This document shows, piece by piece, positions 1 through 12,400 of a stretch of 64,000 nucleotides of DNA. The stretch covers positions 682,001-746,000 of the forward strand of contig NW_020846357.1 of assembly GCF_003704095.1 (NCBI RefSeq), read 5' to 3'. Under the pieces are notes generated by a model. That model made no database searches. It was not told the origin of the DNA and saw nothing but the letters and a program-made list of their open reading frames with translations. A program made the position numbers and the translations under genes. Within the stretch, counting starts at the first letter, position 1. Every line of letters starts with the position of its first letter. This stretch comes from Pocillopora damicornis. Taxonomy: Eukaryota.

Positions 1-446
1 TACTTTGTTTATCCATAAGATTGATGTTTAAGTTTTCTTAATAGTTACTTTCGTTGATTTTTTTTCTTATCCTTTTTTTTCTGGGTTTATAAGGGGATAT
101 GACTCACGAGCAATAAAATGGTGTATCTATGCTCTGTGCTATGCATTGTCATCAATTAAATTTAAAAACGATATATCATGTGGTTTTCTTTTCCATTTGT
201 AATTTTTTTCGACTTCATGCATCTATTTTTAAAGAAATCTTGATGCAAATTATTTTTTTCGAGGTAAAATCAAACGTAATTATCTAAAAGAGAACTATCT
301 CGAAGACAATAGTTCCTTACGTTAAGGCACGGTAACAATATACAAATAAATATTAAATGATGCTTTAAAATCACGCAAGATTTGAACAGAAACAGCTTCA
401 CAGAGGGTTCTACAGACTAAAAAACTTTTGCATATCTTTATTGTAG

Positions 447-2587
447 ATTGCATTCACTGCTCTAGCGCGAGAACTGGAGTAACACACAGGACGAAGCAGT
501 GCAAGAGAAGGACATCATCTGATAATCTGGTTCTCCTTTGTTCCCTCTATGCCCTGTGCTTGATAAAACCTGTGGCGCATGCGCATCACTGGATACCGAA
601 GAGAAACGAAATGAACCACTATGTTCACGTTGGACCAGCACATATTGTAAAACGACAAGCATTTTCGCAGAAAATGCGCTTCGAAGTTGTATATGACGAT
701 AGTATTGGGGATTTGGACGAGGAAAAGTACGGTTTAATTACAGGAAAACTCATTCCAGAGGCAGTAGATTATTTCCATGAAGCTTTCAGCGTAAAGCCAA
801 CTAAACAAGCTATAAAGTTACAACGGACGTGTCAAAATAATGCTTACTTTCTGAAAAACCTAAAAGGAGACTCTGCAGGCGATATTCAGTTTTGTAAGCT
901 AAATTGTGTTAACACGCAGTGCGGGCCTGTGAACGTGCCTGCCGACCACCTAGATCAATGTCGCGTGTGTGATAAGGATGGTGTCAAGTGTTTCAATGTC
1001 CCGGGTGAGGAGTGGGAGTCAGGAATGGGTGTAGAGTCACGTGATTTCATACTGTACGTGTCTTGCATCCAAACGGACCACTGCAATGCGGCAAATGCAG
1101 TAGCGTACGCATCCTATTGTCAACAGGAGCATGCACTCGACAGACCTGTTGCTGGGTTTGCTAATATCTGCCCTAAACGCTTAGATACGGATCCCAGACA
1201 CTACCCGAATTTGCTGTCTACTGTAAAGCATGAAATATTCCACGCTCTGGGATTCAGTGCGGGACTTTTCGCGTTTTACAGAAATGAGCACGGTGTGCCA
1301 TACACGCCGAGAGAAAAACACGGTCTACCTCCGTACAACGAGAAATACGGTTTGTATCAATGGAGCCCCAAAATAGTTCAAAGAATAGAACGAAAGCAAT
1401 GGGCGACGCGGCACGGAGACGTGTCACATCAGGTTCACATGATTGTGACGCCACGAGTAAAGCGAGAAGTACGAAGGCATTTTAACTGCCCGAGTTTGGA
1501 AGGAGCCGAGATCGAAAACCAGGGCGGTATAGGAACAGAATACACTCACTGGGAAAAGCGTTTATTTGAGAATGAAGCCATGACAGGTACTTACACGCAA
1601 AATCCTGTTTTCTCGAGGATAACCTTTGCTCTTATGGAAGATACAGGCTGGTATAAACCAAACTACAGCCTAGCGGATGAACTCGATTGGGGAAAGGGAC
1701 TCGGTTGTCTTTTTACCAAAGCGAGCTGTAAAACATGGATGGAGAAACACCTGCGAGAAAAGCTACCTGCGGTGCCTTTCTGCTACGCCATCAAGAAAAC
1801 TCCTTTGCACATGCGGTGTACCCACAGTAAGCTGTCGGTAGCTTTGTGTAACCTTCGTAAGTACGGCCGGGCCATACCAGAAGAGTATCAATATTTTAAT
1901 CATCTACCAATCAGCGAAACAAGCCCAGGCTTAGGAGAGCTCGGCAGTGCGCGCGGCGTGGTTATTCGAGACACCGCGTGGTACGGTGGCGCTGTTCCAT
2001 TAGCAGACTACTGCCCGTTCTATCAGAAATTCACTTTAACCGAAACGGATGGCGCAAAACGTGAAACAACGTGCACAGTGCCAGAGAACGCGCCCGCCCG
2101 TCTTGATAACTACGCTTTGGAACATTACGGTCCAAGCGCGAAGTGCGTCGAACAAGGTCGCGCGTGGTTGGCCAAGAAGGGATTTTTAACGAGAACAATG
2201 GTGGATTGGGGAAGCGGATGTTACAGGTTCCATTGCGACGGAGGATTGCAGGTGGAGGTTGGAGGGGAGTTTTACACTTGTCATCGCAAGGGACAACATC
2301 TTGAAATTCTTGGCTCCCTGAACGACTGGAAGATTAATGGCTCACTGATTTGTCCCTCTTGCGAAGAATTCTGCGGCGTCCATAAAGGCTGTCCACAGGA
2401 AATGAAAAGTTCTTCCGAAGGGATTGCGTTTGTTGAAGGAGAGAGACCAAACCGTAGAAACAATGCTCACAGTTTTAGGATATCGACCTCAGAACTAATT
2501 TATTTCATAATTTCAAGAGTCTTTTTAATTTTTACCGTGATGGGGTGTTTTGTTCCCGCTTTTCATTTCTTAGATATTTTTGTCTGA
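447..2587 (+). CDS. LMLN: Leishmanolysin-like peptidase (invadolysin, peptidase M8); large terminal coding exon, start codon probably upstream of the window
   Basis: HEIFHALGFS zinc motif, downstream THWEKR (third His) and NEAMT Met-turn, GAEIENQGG, YASYCQQE..DRPVAG, Cys-rich C-terminal half and a hydrophobic C-terminus (GPI-signal-like). The ORF-track TTG start at 428 is not real; acceptor tctttattgtag ends at 446. Confidence 0.93.
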
Positions 2588-3412
2588 AAAAAGTTTGTTT
2601 GTCGGAGATAGGAAAGTAAAATCTGTTCAACGAACCAAGTTTGATCAAAGCACTTGTTATTTTCATTATTAGCCACTTTGTGATGCTCCAATGGTCTATA
2701 CCACACGTTTATGACCCACACATTTTATTCTTTGAATAAGCTTGATTTCAAGGGATTTTTAGATTCAACTTAACCAGTCTCCCTGGAATAATGTCACGTG
2801 CACATAGCGTGTTGCCCAAATGTTTTGGTGTAGAACGACGGGATGCCACTTGGGACATCCACATGACCAAATTCGCCGCACCTGATTGGATATCTTAGAT
2901 CACTGAAAAACGGGATTGATCCTAGGAGTTATTTCAAGGACCATCCTCAACATGGATCGTGCATGAGAATCGTGAAAAATTCAATCTGTCAGCCTGGAAA
3001 ACAATAGTTTCATAAAACGTTTGTTACTGCAAAGAAAATCAGATCACATTCGATGTAAATAGAGCCTGAAGATCACGTTAAAGTAACCATTAGTTGACAT
3101 GCTTTCCCTTCCCTCCGTCAAGCTTACGCGGATGAGAGGAATGCAAGTTTTTCATAGTCGAATTTAAAAATGTTCTGTATCCTTTTAGGATTACATAGTA
3201 ACGAGAGTTTTCTTGATTCTTATTAATAAACAAATAATTTTGCACAATTATTTTCTCGCTTAATTAAGCAAATTTTCTCCAGTGAGTCCTATTTTTCAAA
3301 TAACAAACGGGATAAGATCTCACAGAATATAGAGAATATCGATCATCCATTAAATGAAAGCGTGGCAGTTCTCCCAACCTAAACAAACAAATCTTTATTA
3401 GAAAATCTCATT

Positions 3413-4948
3413 CTAAATAAGTCTTAACTTTGAACACTCACTCATTAGTGGAACGCAAATTTGGTGTCTGAGCGTATTATGCATAAATTTACAAATTGTA
3501 CAAGAAATGTAATTTGCTTTATGAGTTTTCAAATTCAGCTGCCCGTAGCTTGTCGCGTTGCGAGGCGGTAAGATGCGATGTCTTCTCTTGACAGTGTGCC
3601 CCGCCCACCTGACAGCTACGTGATCAACAAGGAGACCATCCTTCTTTTCGGCCTCATGAATGCGACCTCGTCGAATGAGGTACGGCTCCGTCGAGCCTGA
3701 GTATAGTCTAGCATATTTACAAATTACTAATCCAAGGAGTTCTGTCACATCGTACCGTACAAATGAGCTAATCCCTGAAGGATATAGATCCTTAGATAAG
3801 TATATCTCATAGCCCTGAGTTCGTAACGGTTCAAAATGTGACAGGTTGTTTACATGAGTAATTACATACAAGACATTTGTTATGCTACGAAATTTCCTCT
3901 TTTCCATTTGTTTCAATCTGTAATGAAGAATATTGCTTATATTTCTTTCTTCGTTTCTTGATATCAGCATTGCATTGTACGGCTGTTTTATTTTTGCCAT
4001 GATTTTTTGAAACTTTTCCTGAACATATCGTGTAAAACGAATGTAGTTATCGGTCCATTCTTGTGCCAGTGCTGTCCGTCTCCTGGACAGAAATCGTATG
4101 TCAGAGGTTGCTATGGATCCTGCACGAAAATGTAACACATCCTCCTTAACACTGCTTAACTCGGAGATGATCCCTCTTATAACAGGTTTGGGATGGTAAG
4201 AACCACTTTTCACCTCAAGTCCATAATCACAAGCAGGTCCTACTGCAGAAACAGGGAATGACAAAGGAGAAAAGTTTTGCGCTTCGAGCACTTTCCAAGC
4301 GTTTTTATTAGTTGCAGATGGCACAAAATCGACCCAAAAACCTACTGAGTCGCGATGACAGACATCGAACCGTGTCAAGTTTTCAAAATTGTTTATAAAC
4401 TGTCGATGAGGTACACTTCGAACCCTGATCAGCTTGGATAAGTGATTCAGGTCTATTATGGAGGAAATTGGGACGGTGAATTTTGTGTCCAAAATGTCAA
4501 AGACCTTTGAGTCAGGCTGAAAAGTTCGTTGGACGACTCGCGAAAGTCGCTTTATTTCTAGTTCACTGGCCAAAGGCTGAGCGAGAAGAGTTCTGTTTAG
4601 CATTTTGGATATTATGACGGCATTCTCAAAAGCTTGAAGCTGTTTACTCCAACTGCCAACTGGTGGCTCATACGACAGGTATTTTTCTTTCTCGTGGAAT
4701 GGAATAAAAAAAAATCCATCGTCCGAGAAATCGCTTGACAGTACGACATCTGCAACAGGTTCTTCGTAAGACAATGTTCTTCTGTGACGGCGAAATATCT
4801 TTGCGGGTTTGTAGATCAAAGTTAGTGACACCATAACCAAAACCATGACAACGAAAAAGTCAAAGATTCTTTTCAACGAAGTCAGTGAACAGTTGCGAAG
4901 AACGTTTGGAAAACATACTCTGTCAACAATGTCTTTTGTCCCGGGCAT
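3413..4948 (-). CDS. O-fucosyltransferase-family (POFUT/GT-B fold)-like type II membrane protein, single exon, possibly catalytically degenerate
   Basis: First ATG at 4948 (MPGTKD...). TM segment IFDFFVVMVLVMVSLTLIY, then YLSYEPPVGSWSKQLQAFENAVIISKMLNRTLL resembling the O-FucT N-terminal motif; later PYNAMLISR, LYVITH and E.LGLVIC..A..Y.GS blocks. Confidence 0.7.
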   Translation of the reverse strand: MPGTKDIVDRVCFPNVLRNCSLTSLKRIFDFFVVMVLVMVSLTLIYKPAKIFRRHRRTLSYEEPVADVVLSSDFSDDGFFFIPFHEKEKYLSYEPPVGSWSKQLQAFENAVIISKMLNRTLLAQPLASELEIKRLSRVVQRTFQPDSKVFDILDTKFTVPISSIIDLNHLSKLIRVRSVPHRQFINNFENLTRFDVCHRDSVGFWVDFVPSATNKNAWKVLEAQNFSPLSFPVSAVGPACDYGLEVKSGSYHPKPVIRGIISELSSVKEDVLHFRAGSIATSDIRFLSRRRTALAQEWTDNYIRFTRYVQEKFQKIMAKIKQPYNAMLISRNEERNISNILHYRLKQMEKRKFRSITNVLYVITHVNNLSHFEPLRTQGYEIYLSKDLYPSGISSFVRYDVTELLGLVICKYARLYSGSTEPYLIRRGRIHEAEKKDGLLVDHVAVRWAGHTVKRRHRILPPRNATSYGQLNLKTHKANYISCTICKFMHNTLRHQICVPLMSECSKLRLI

Positions 4949-6125
4949 GTCGGTGAACAAACTTTTGCAGCATTCATTGTTTCGTTTTGCGAACAATTTC
5001 TTCAGAGCTACTAGGCTCTTGAATTGAAGTAGTAAAATTCTCTAGATTTCGTCATCACTGGTTCAGAAGAGTCAGTGGCTTTGGGGTAAAAAGGGGCTCA
5101 AATTAATTGGTTTTTGACAAAGTGGCGTGAAGTCATGGCGTGTTTGTTCTAACTGTGCATCTCATTGGCTCAATCTAGCAAGCACTGCTCGGGCAGCAGG
5201 TAATTGATTACTCAGGCGCCAAATTACCCGTAAGCACATTGATAAGTTATTTCAGTCGTCAAAACCTTCTATCAGCCTCTTTTATGAGAAGGGAATTGAT
5301 TTATAAATAGACGGTAATACGTTGGCGGGTGATGGAATGATGTTAGTTTATTGCCATGAAGTTTATTCTGGGAAAAGAGCCTCACCTAGCAGCCGAAGCT
5401 CTAGGGACAAGTGTTGTTTGAGACAATTGTCGAAATGCAAGGGCCTTCCTAACGGTTTGCGAGTTATCCATGATTAGTTTTTCACAACTTTTAACCTTCA
5501 CAACCTCGGCGTAACCGCTAGTTCTCTATATTCCAACAAACGACAAGCATATATGAGTAAGGCAAGGAAATAGTTTCGTAAAATCAAAACCTAAGGACGT
5601 ATTTACTCAACCGCAAATACATATCTGGACCAGAATAACGTTCCAACACGTGTCATATTGTCTGCGCGAAGTTTTGCGCGGTTAAGTGGTAAAAATTCTG
5701 GTCAATTTACGGCTAACGGTTAATATATTTCCATTGTGATCATAAAAAAATGCGGTTAATTTTTTTCGACTAAAACATTTAAAATCTGTTAGTTTTCACG
5801 CATAACAACTAAAATTTTTGGCCGTTTTACGGCTAACGGTGAATCTCATCGGGACCCATTTGTCGCCTGCGTATTTCATCGTAGTAGACTCTTATAAAAA
5901 ATCTTGCATTTGCAATTCGACGATTCGATATAAATGATCAAATTTAAAGGCTGAAGACAAACTAGAGACTAATTTAAGTTTTGAATCTGATACTGGGAGG
6001 GGTGCCTAAACTAAGTTACTCTACTTTTTTTCCAGATCTATCACAAAGCGACGTGAAGGAAATCCAGTGCAATCTTAGAATTCCTTATCAAAAACGAGCG
6101 AGTAAACGATATGCTTGCCTCATAG

Positions 6126-6131
6126 TTTATT
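6126..6131 (-). promoter_or_regulatory. Candidate polyadenylation signal of the ADAMTS gene
   Basis: AATAAA on the minus strand ~290 nt downstream of the stop codon. Confidence 0.4.
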
Positions 6132-6422
6132 CATTATTTCCCATTTTACAAAATTAACAAAAATATTATTTGATTAAAGAAACAATCATAATGAAACTAG
6201 ATCAAATTTGTCTTTGCTGCCTCTAGGATTCTTCGATCATCGTTAACGACCTGCAAGAAAAGTTTTAAAGTTAATCGCATTATTAGAATAGAACTTATTC
6301 TCTTGCGGTCATTCTTTTCCAAGTTTTTCTTTCTTTCTTTGAGCTTCAAGTAAATTTACCAAATAGTATTGTGATTAATTATACCTTATTCCTTTAGGTA
6401 AACTGTTATTTCTTTTTTTCTC

Positions 6423-9400
6423 CTAATTCCTGCACACATCAGAGCAACGTTTCATTTTAGCCAAGGGCTTTGCGGCGCTGCATTTTTCATCCGGGACAAT
6501 CTGTCCATTTGCTACGTAGATGCAATCAACACGAGGCTGGGAAACCATGCCTAGGAGAGAATATTTTCAAATAAGTATTCTTTTCAATATTCAGTTCATA
6601 TGAGCATAATCCCCAAAGTGGCACATGTAAAGACCGACAGTTATACCTAGAGTGAGGTAGAACTATGCGAGAAGGGGAGTAAGTTTCTAAAAAATTTGTG
6701 GTGCTGCGTCGGTGGGGGTATTATGAACTGAGTTGATAGTGTAACTTGACCGCCGTGTCAGGCGTCAGCCCTTTTTTAGAGCGAACACGACGAAGGGCGA
6801 ACGCTCGAAACGTGAGCTTTTGAAACTCTTTACATGGGTCAATTTTAAATATCAATTCTGTTGATAAATACAGAACTATGCAAGCAAAGACAGACAAAGA
6901 GGATGGCCATTAAATGCCCTCAGTTAAAATCCACTTATTTCAAATTAATTTGTATTGTCGGAGAGGGGTCTGATATCTGATGAGCTGAGTACAAAGAGAA
7001 GATAACGAGAGCAAGACACTTGATGATATTAGTAAATGTGTGAACAAATATTGGTGGCGGTGATAATGACGATGACGAGAATAATAATGATGATGATCAT
7101 ACCAAAATCACTTACTGGTGAAGGCGTAAACGTAGTTATTATTTGACTTTCCCACTCCTTCCCAACAACCTTGCAGATTAAAACCATCCTTATCGTAGGT
7201 TTTGTAGCCTTCGTCGCCCGACCAGCATTCTCCGTAGAACTGGACTCCGAAGACATCGTAATGCTTGCTCAAAGCATCCTCAGCACATTTCTTTACCGTT
7301 TTACTCATGTGGTACCAGTCAATGCCGTTACGAAAATTTGCAACCAATTTTTCTAACGGTCGCTCCCCGATGTGTTTGTCCATGAAACAACCGATCGGAA
7401 AGTAACTCATATCCGAACCTGAAAGTTCGAGAATAAAACAAATAAAAGTTGTTGTTGAGTATCATTTAAATCTGAAACTGAATTTGAGCATTTAACTTTA
7501 ACCTAGGGATAGGTAAAGCAATCTTTGTTTGGGTTGGTGTCAGCCTTAAAATGTGTCAATGCTGATCAGAGAAATGTCTGACTTTTAGGGTTTTCTTCCA
7601 CCCCTCGTTAGCTCCACCCATACCTTCTTAGTCTCTCCCTTCCTCCTCTCCATGCAACCTGTGTAAGCTCCTTCTCTTCTTCCCTAGTCTCTCTCTTATC
7701 CTCCTCTTTCTCTCACCTTCTCAAACTCCACGCCCTACCTCCTCCTCTTTTAGATTAGTCTCACCCTTACTCCTCTATGTCCAACCATTCCATTCGCTCT
7801 GACGAATGGCAAACGCTAGAAACGTCAGCTTTTAAAATCTTTACGGCCAGTTTTACGTTCTCAACTCAGTTGATAGTACTAAATACCCTGTTACACTCCC
7901 ACCGATGCAGCACCAGTTTCTTTAGAAACTAACCCTCTTTATCCATGTATCTTTAACCTCTGCTTTTCCACCTTCCTTTTTCTTCCTTTTTCTTCCGTTT
8001 TCTTCCTTTTTCTTCCTTTTCCTTCCTTTTTCTTCCTTTTTCTTTCTTCTCCTCCTTATCCTTCCCCTTTCTCCTATTATATACTTCTTTACATGCCCCC
8101 CTTCCCGCTCCTTCTCCTAGATATACCTCTCCCTCTTCCTCCACCACTTTCTTCCCTTCTGTTTTCTTTCTTTCTTTCTCCTCATTCTTCTCCTCTTCTC
8201 CAGCTCCCTCTCCTTTACTTCTTTCGTCGTCCTCTCAAAGCTGTTACTCCTTCTTTTCCCATTCTCCATTCGGTTCTTACTCCTTCCTCTTTTCTTCCAT
8301 CCCCTCCTCTCCCTTCTCTCTCCCTTCCTCCCCTATTCCCCCTTGTTACTCCCATCAAACGAAACGAAGATGCCTACCTCCACAGCTGGCACAAGGATAC
8401 TGAACTTGCCATTTGTAACAGGGCACATTATTGCATGAAGTTTGTGAAGATGGCTTCTCAGTACAATGATCTTCTGGCAAGGCAAGCCAGGAGCCATTAG
8501 CAAGCTTCCTCTTACATTCCACCAGACGTGTTTTAGTGCCATTACCACCACAAGGTACCGAGCACTGAAAACATAGTGACGACAATAATATATCGCGTGG
8601 AAATCGAAAGTTGTGAAACATATGGTTTTGAGGCCAGTAGGACCCCTATGAAATGGATCATGGGTATCTGTAAAACTCAGAAAACCGTGAACACCAAAGA
8701 TAAATAAGAAACGTTTTGTGTTTCAAGAAAAAAGCTACTCCAGGATCACAAAGTGATAATTAATTTGTATATCTTACCCTCAACTTAGCTTAGATCACAA
8801 CTGACCTTTCAGCATAAAAGGAAAATGTTCGCGGTTTTCTGGGTTTCACGGTTAAACTACTCCGGCTACCAACGAATAAGTATCTTTAATGTCAACTCCG
8901 GATTTTGCATTTCTAGTGTTCTGATTGGTTCATTCAACTCCGGTTATCAGCTCGTACTCTAAGTCACCTTTTATGGAAATGCATTTAGCCAACTGTTGCA
9001 GAGCTGAAAAAGGTTCCAAATATCCAAACGTGCAGAATTTATTTGATATCAATAAAAAAATAATAAATAAAAAAAATTCATTCGCAAGCTTGTTAAATAC
9101 GAGATTGGCCATAGCAAACTCGGTACTATGAGCTCGTTAAACAATTGTTAAATATTACGATAGTTTCTCTAAAAATCATATTTTCTGAGCACTTATTCGA
9201 TAATTTCGGCGGGAACCTAAGAACTTAATAGATTTAAAATAATTGCCTTTACGAGCCCCAGAATCCTATTCCTCTCGAGAAGGCACAATGAACAATCTCA
9301 CCAATAAGAGCATTCACTGATATTATTTAAAGCCTGGTATGCGCATTCGTTGTTTCTTACCTGTGTCCATTCTCCAGTAACCCATTGAGGCATACAATCT

Positions 9401-12400
9401 ATATTGTTGCAGGGTTTGTAACTTTCTGGTTTTGACAAATTGGTGCAACTAGAATCTGGTAGAATTTTGGTGTACTTCTGTGTCATGACTTGTGCGCATG
9501 TCAGATTTCTGTGCTGCTGACCACCTCCACACAATTCGGAGCATTGACTCCAGGCTCCCAACTTATATCTGCGTGAATTGTAAGAGAACAATTATAATAA
9601 AAAAACAAGGCTAAACTTAAAACTAAAACCAAAGTTTGGAGATTTTGCGTTATACTTTGAATAGCCTTTATCAAACGATTGAGGCGACTAAAAGCTTGCA
9701 TTTATCTTGAAGTGTGTCAAAGACGTTTACCCATGTTAACGCTAACTGTTTAATCATAGTATCACTCGTTGTATTGTTGCGAGTTAATCCCGAGAATTAG
9801 TTTGATAGGCGCTAAACTCTTCAAAGTTCTACGAACATAAGAGAACAACACTTTGTTATCATAAAAACACAAGAAGGCGAAATACGTCTTCTCTTATTTA
9901 GGATGGCTTCTCGCTCAAGCTTTGCGCACCACAGTATTTTCAGGTTTAAGAGTCATACTTACTCCTTCGGACAAGGGGCCAGGTTACAGAACTTGGACTC
10001 CACTGGTTTAGTGTTCTTGTCACAATAATCAGAAGAGACCTCACTTGCGTCATCCTCACGGTGGCACGTGACTTTAATATGCTGAACACCTAATAGCAAA
10101 TGGAATTGGCGTTTTACACACTTCATGCGTTATGCTTATTTGCACACGCCTCTATTTTACATCAGGCGTTAATCACCGAAGTTCAGCGACTTTGAAGTTG
10201 AGGAACTAGCTTTTGTCGGTTTGGAAGGAAAACTTAGTTCCACTCGTCGACAGGACGGGCGTGTTTCCACGCAGCTGATTTCAGGAATTGTCTGCTTAAG
10301 GCCGTATAAACGAAGTGGTTCTTTTCAATAGACAGACTTAGTTCTGTCACTTTTTTCCGAAAATGGTACTCCGAGTGTCCAAATTTTAAAATTCTAAACC
10401 GACACACGTTTCACTCTTTTATGAGTAATTTCCGCTGCCTTCTTGACCCCGACGTGTTTAGCAACCTTATATTACTTGTATATCTTTTAAAATGTCTACC
10501 TCCGGCACATGTGGTACTGCATTCGCCGTTGATTATTTGTTTCCATTTGAAAGTTGTGCTTTTTCCATTTCCAGGGATATAATAGCTATAAGATATACCC
10601 GGATTGCCATGTCTTCCAGGATGAACGTACTGTGGCAAAATCAAGAAAACATAGTTAAATTGTTTGTACATGCAGTGGAGAGAGAGAAACAAAAAAAACG
10701 CGGCTGGAGGTTGGTAAGCGGATATATTTCTAGATGTGAAATTATATGTCAAGGTTAAAATTTTGTTTACTTAGTTATTACATAGTCGATATGTAGCGGT
10801 GGCCACCTTAACCACACTGAAAACACGTAGATATAATGCATTAAACAAGACATGGCATAGTAAGCAATATTTTGATTTTTCTTCCCGCTTACTTCAGTTA
10901 AATCAAAAGCCAAACCAACTCTCGAACCCAGATCTCTCAGTCCACAGATCAACGCTGCATACAGTACGTGAGGTATACTTAAACACCGTTTTTAAAAAAA
11001 ATGATAAAATCAAATAATTACCATCGCATCTAGGTCTTCATTTGTCGGTCCTCTGATAGTAATTCGCTCAGCATCAATATACTTTTTCATGTAGTGGTAA
11101 ATGAACGTGCCTGCGGCCGCGTAAGTATTCGTCCAGCTTGGGACTGGGACGTAGTAATCGACTGCTTTGACTGCTTTCGTTGACTTTATACCTGGAAATA
11201 CAAGGTACGGAAAAATTGTGAATGTTCGTGATCCAAAGGGAACTTAGAGACTGAGCTTTGTGAAATTTAAACCAAAGTAAAGTAAGAGAGATCTTCTAAA
11301 TACGTGTTATTTATTGTAAGAAAAGCCAAAAAAGATAAGTGATGAATTGACAGGGGTTTTCAATGGGGTTCGGAAAGTTTCAGTGTTTAGATCTCAGGCC
11401 GAGGCCCAACTCCGTCGAAAACTTTACCGAACATTACTTATCCCCCTTCTACCGGGATGGAGGAGGGGGGAGATATTATTCTTCGTACTCAGGAAGTTGT
11501 AAGATTTGTTCATCTCCTGAATCTGGACATTTGTCGCTCCTTTTGGAATGGTGAACATGATGTCTCCGTTGTTGCGCCCTGCAAAGTATAGAAATACGGA
11601 AGAAGTAAAAACAAACGAATGTTTATCAGTGCCTGTCTGTCAAACGCACATACGTGTATAATTATGTGTTAGGGTCGTAGCCATTATTTTAACATTATAC
11701 ATTCCTCTCAGTGTGAGCCCGTTAATTTCTTTTTCCAACACCATAACCCCTCAATCTTCCGCTTGTTCTATCAAAGATCCTCCACCCGTTGGGAAAAAAT
11801 ATCAAGACATGATGCGATCAAAGAGTGTGGCGCACGATTTGAGTTTCTTCCCTGACAATAGAAGTTTTTAAATTCCAAAATACGATAAAGAAATAGCATC
11901 ACGAATGCTTCATTTAATATTCCCAATGAAACGGAATGAAGATGAGAAGGGAGGTATAAATATGTTTAAATCTGAGTCCCAGTTTTGACATCCAGTGTTT
12001 TAAGAAAATCTATTCTAAACTATTCAGAAAATCTGACTCCAATTATTACCATATACTCGATAGTCCTTTGTGTACATCCCCCCAACCAAAACACATGATC
12101 CACCGTCTCCTCCACAATTCAAACATCGATCCAATACTTTGCCAGATCTCAGCTTCTTATCACAACCGACCGGCTGAAAAATAACAGACAAGGAAGTATT
12201 TCATCCGACTGTCAAGATAATTGGCGAAAGAAATTTAAATGTTTGCGTTCATGCATTCATCTATTTCTTCATTTATAGGGAAATTTAAGTAAATAGTCAG
12301 GTGGTCACTGGGTAAGTTAATCAGTCAGTCAGCCAGTTACTCCCTCACTCAGTGAGCTGGCCGGTCGGTCAATCAGTCAGTCAGTCAGTCGGTCAGTTAG

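Noticed and set aside
6976-7010. CTGATGAG hammerhead-like box
   Set aside because: No stem II or properly placed GAAA/NUH follows.
7953-8500. ORFs 7953-8147 (-) and 8093-8500 (+)
   Set aside because: Translations of the C/T low-complexity tract and the antisense of an ADAMTS exon.
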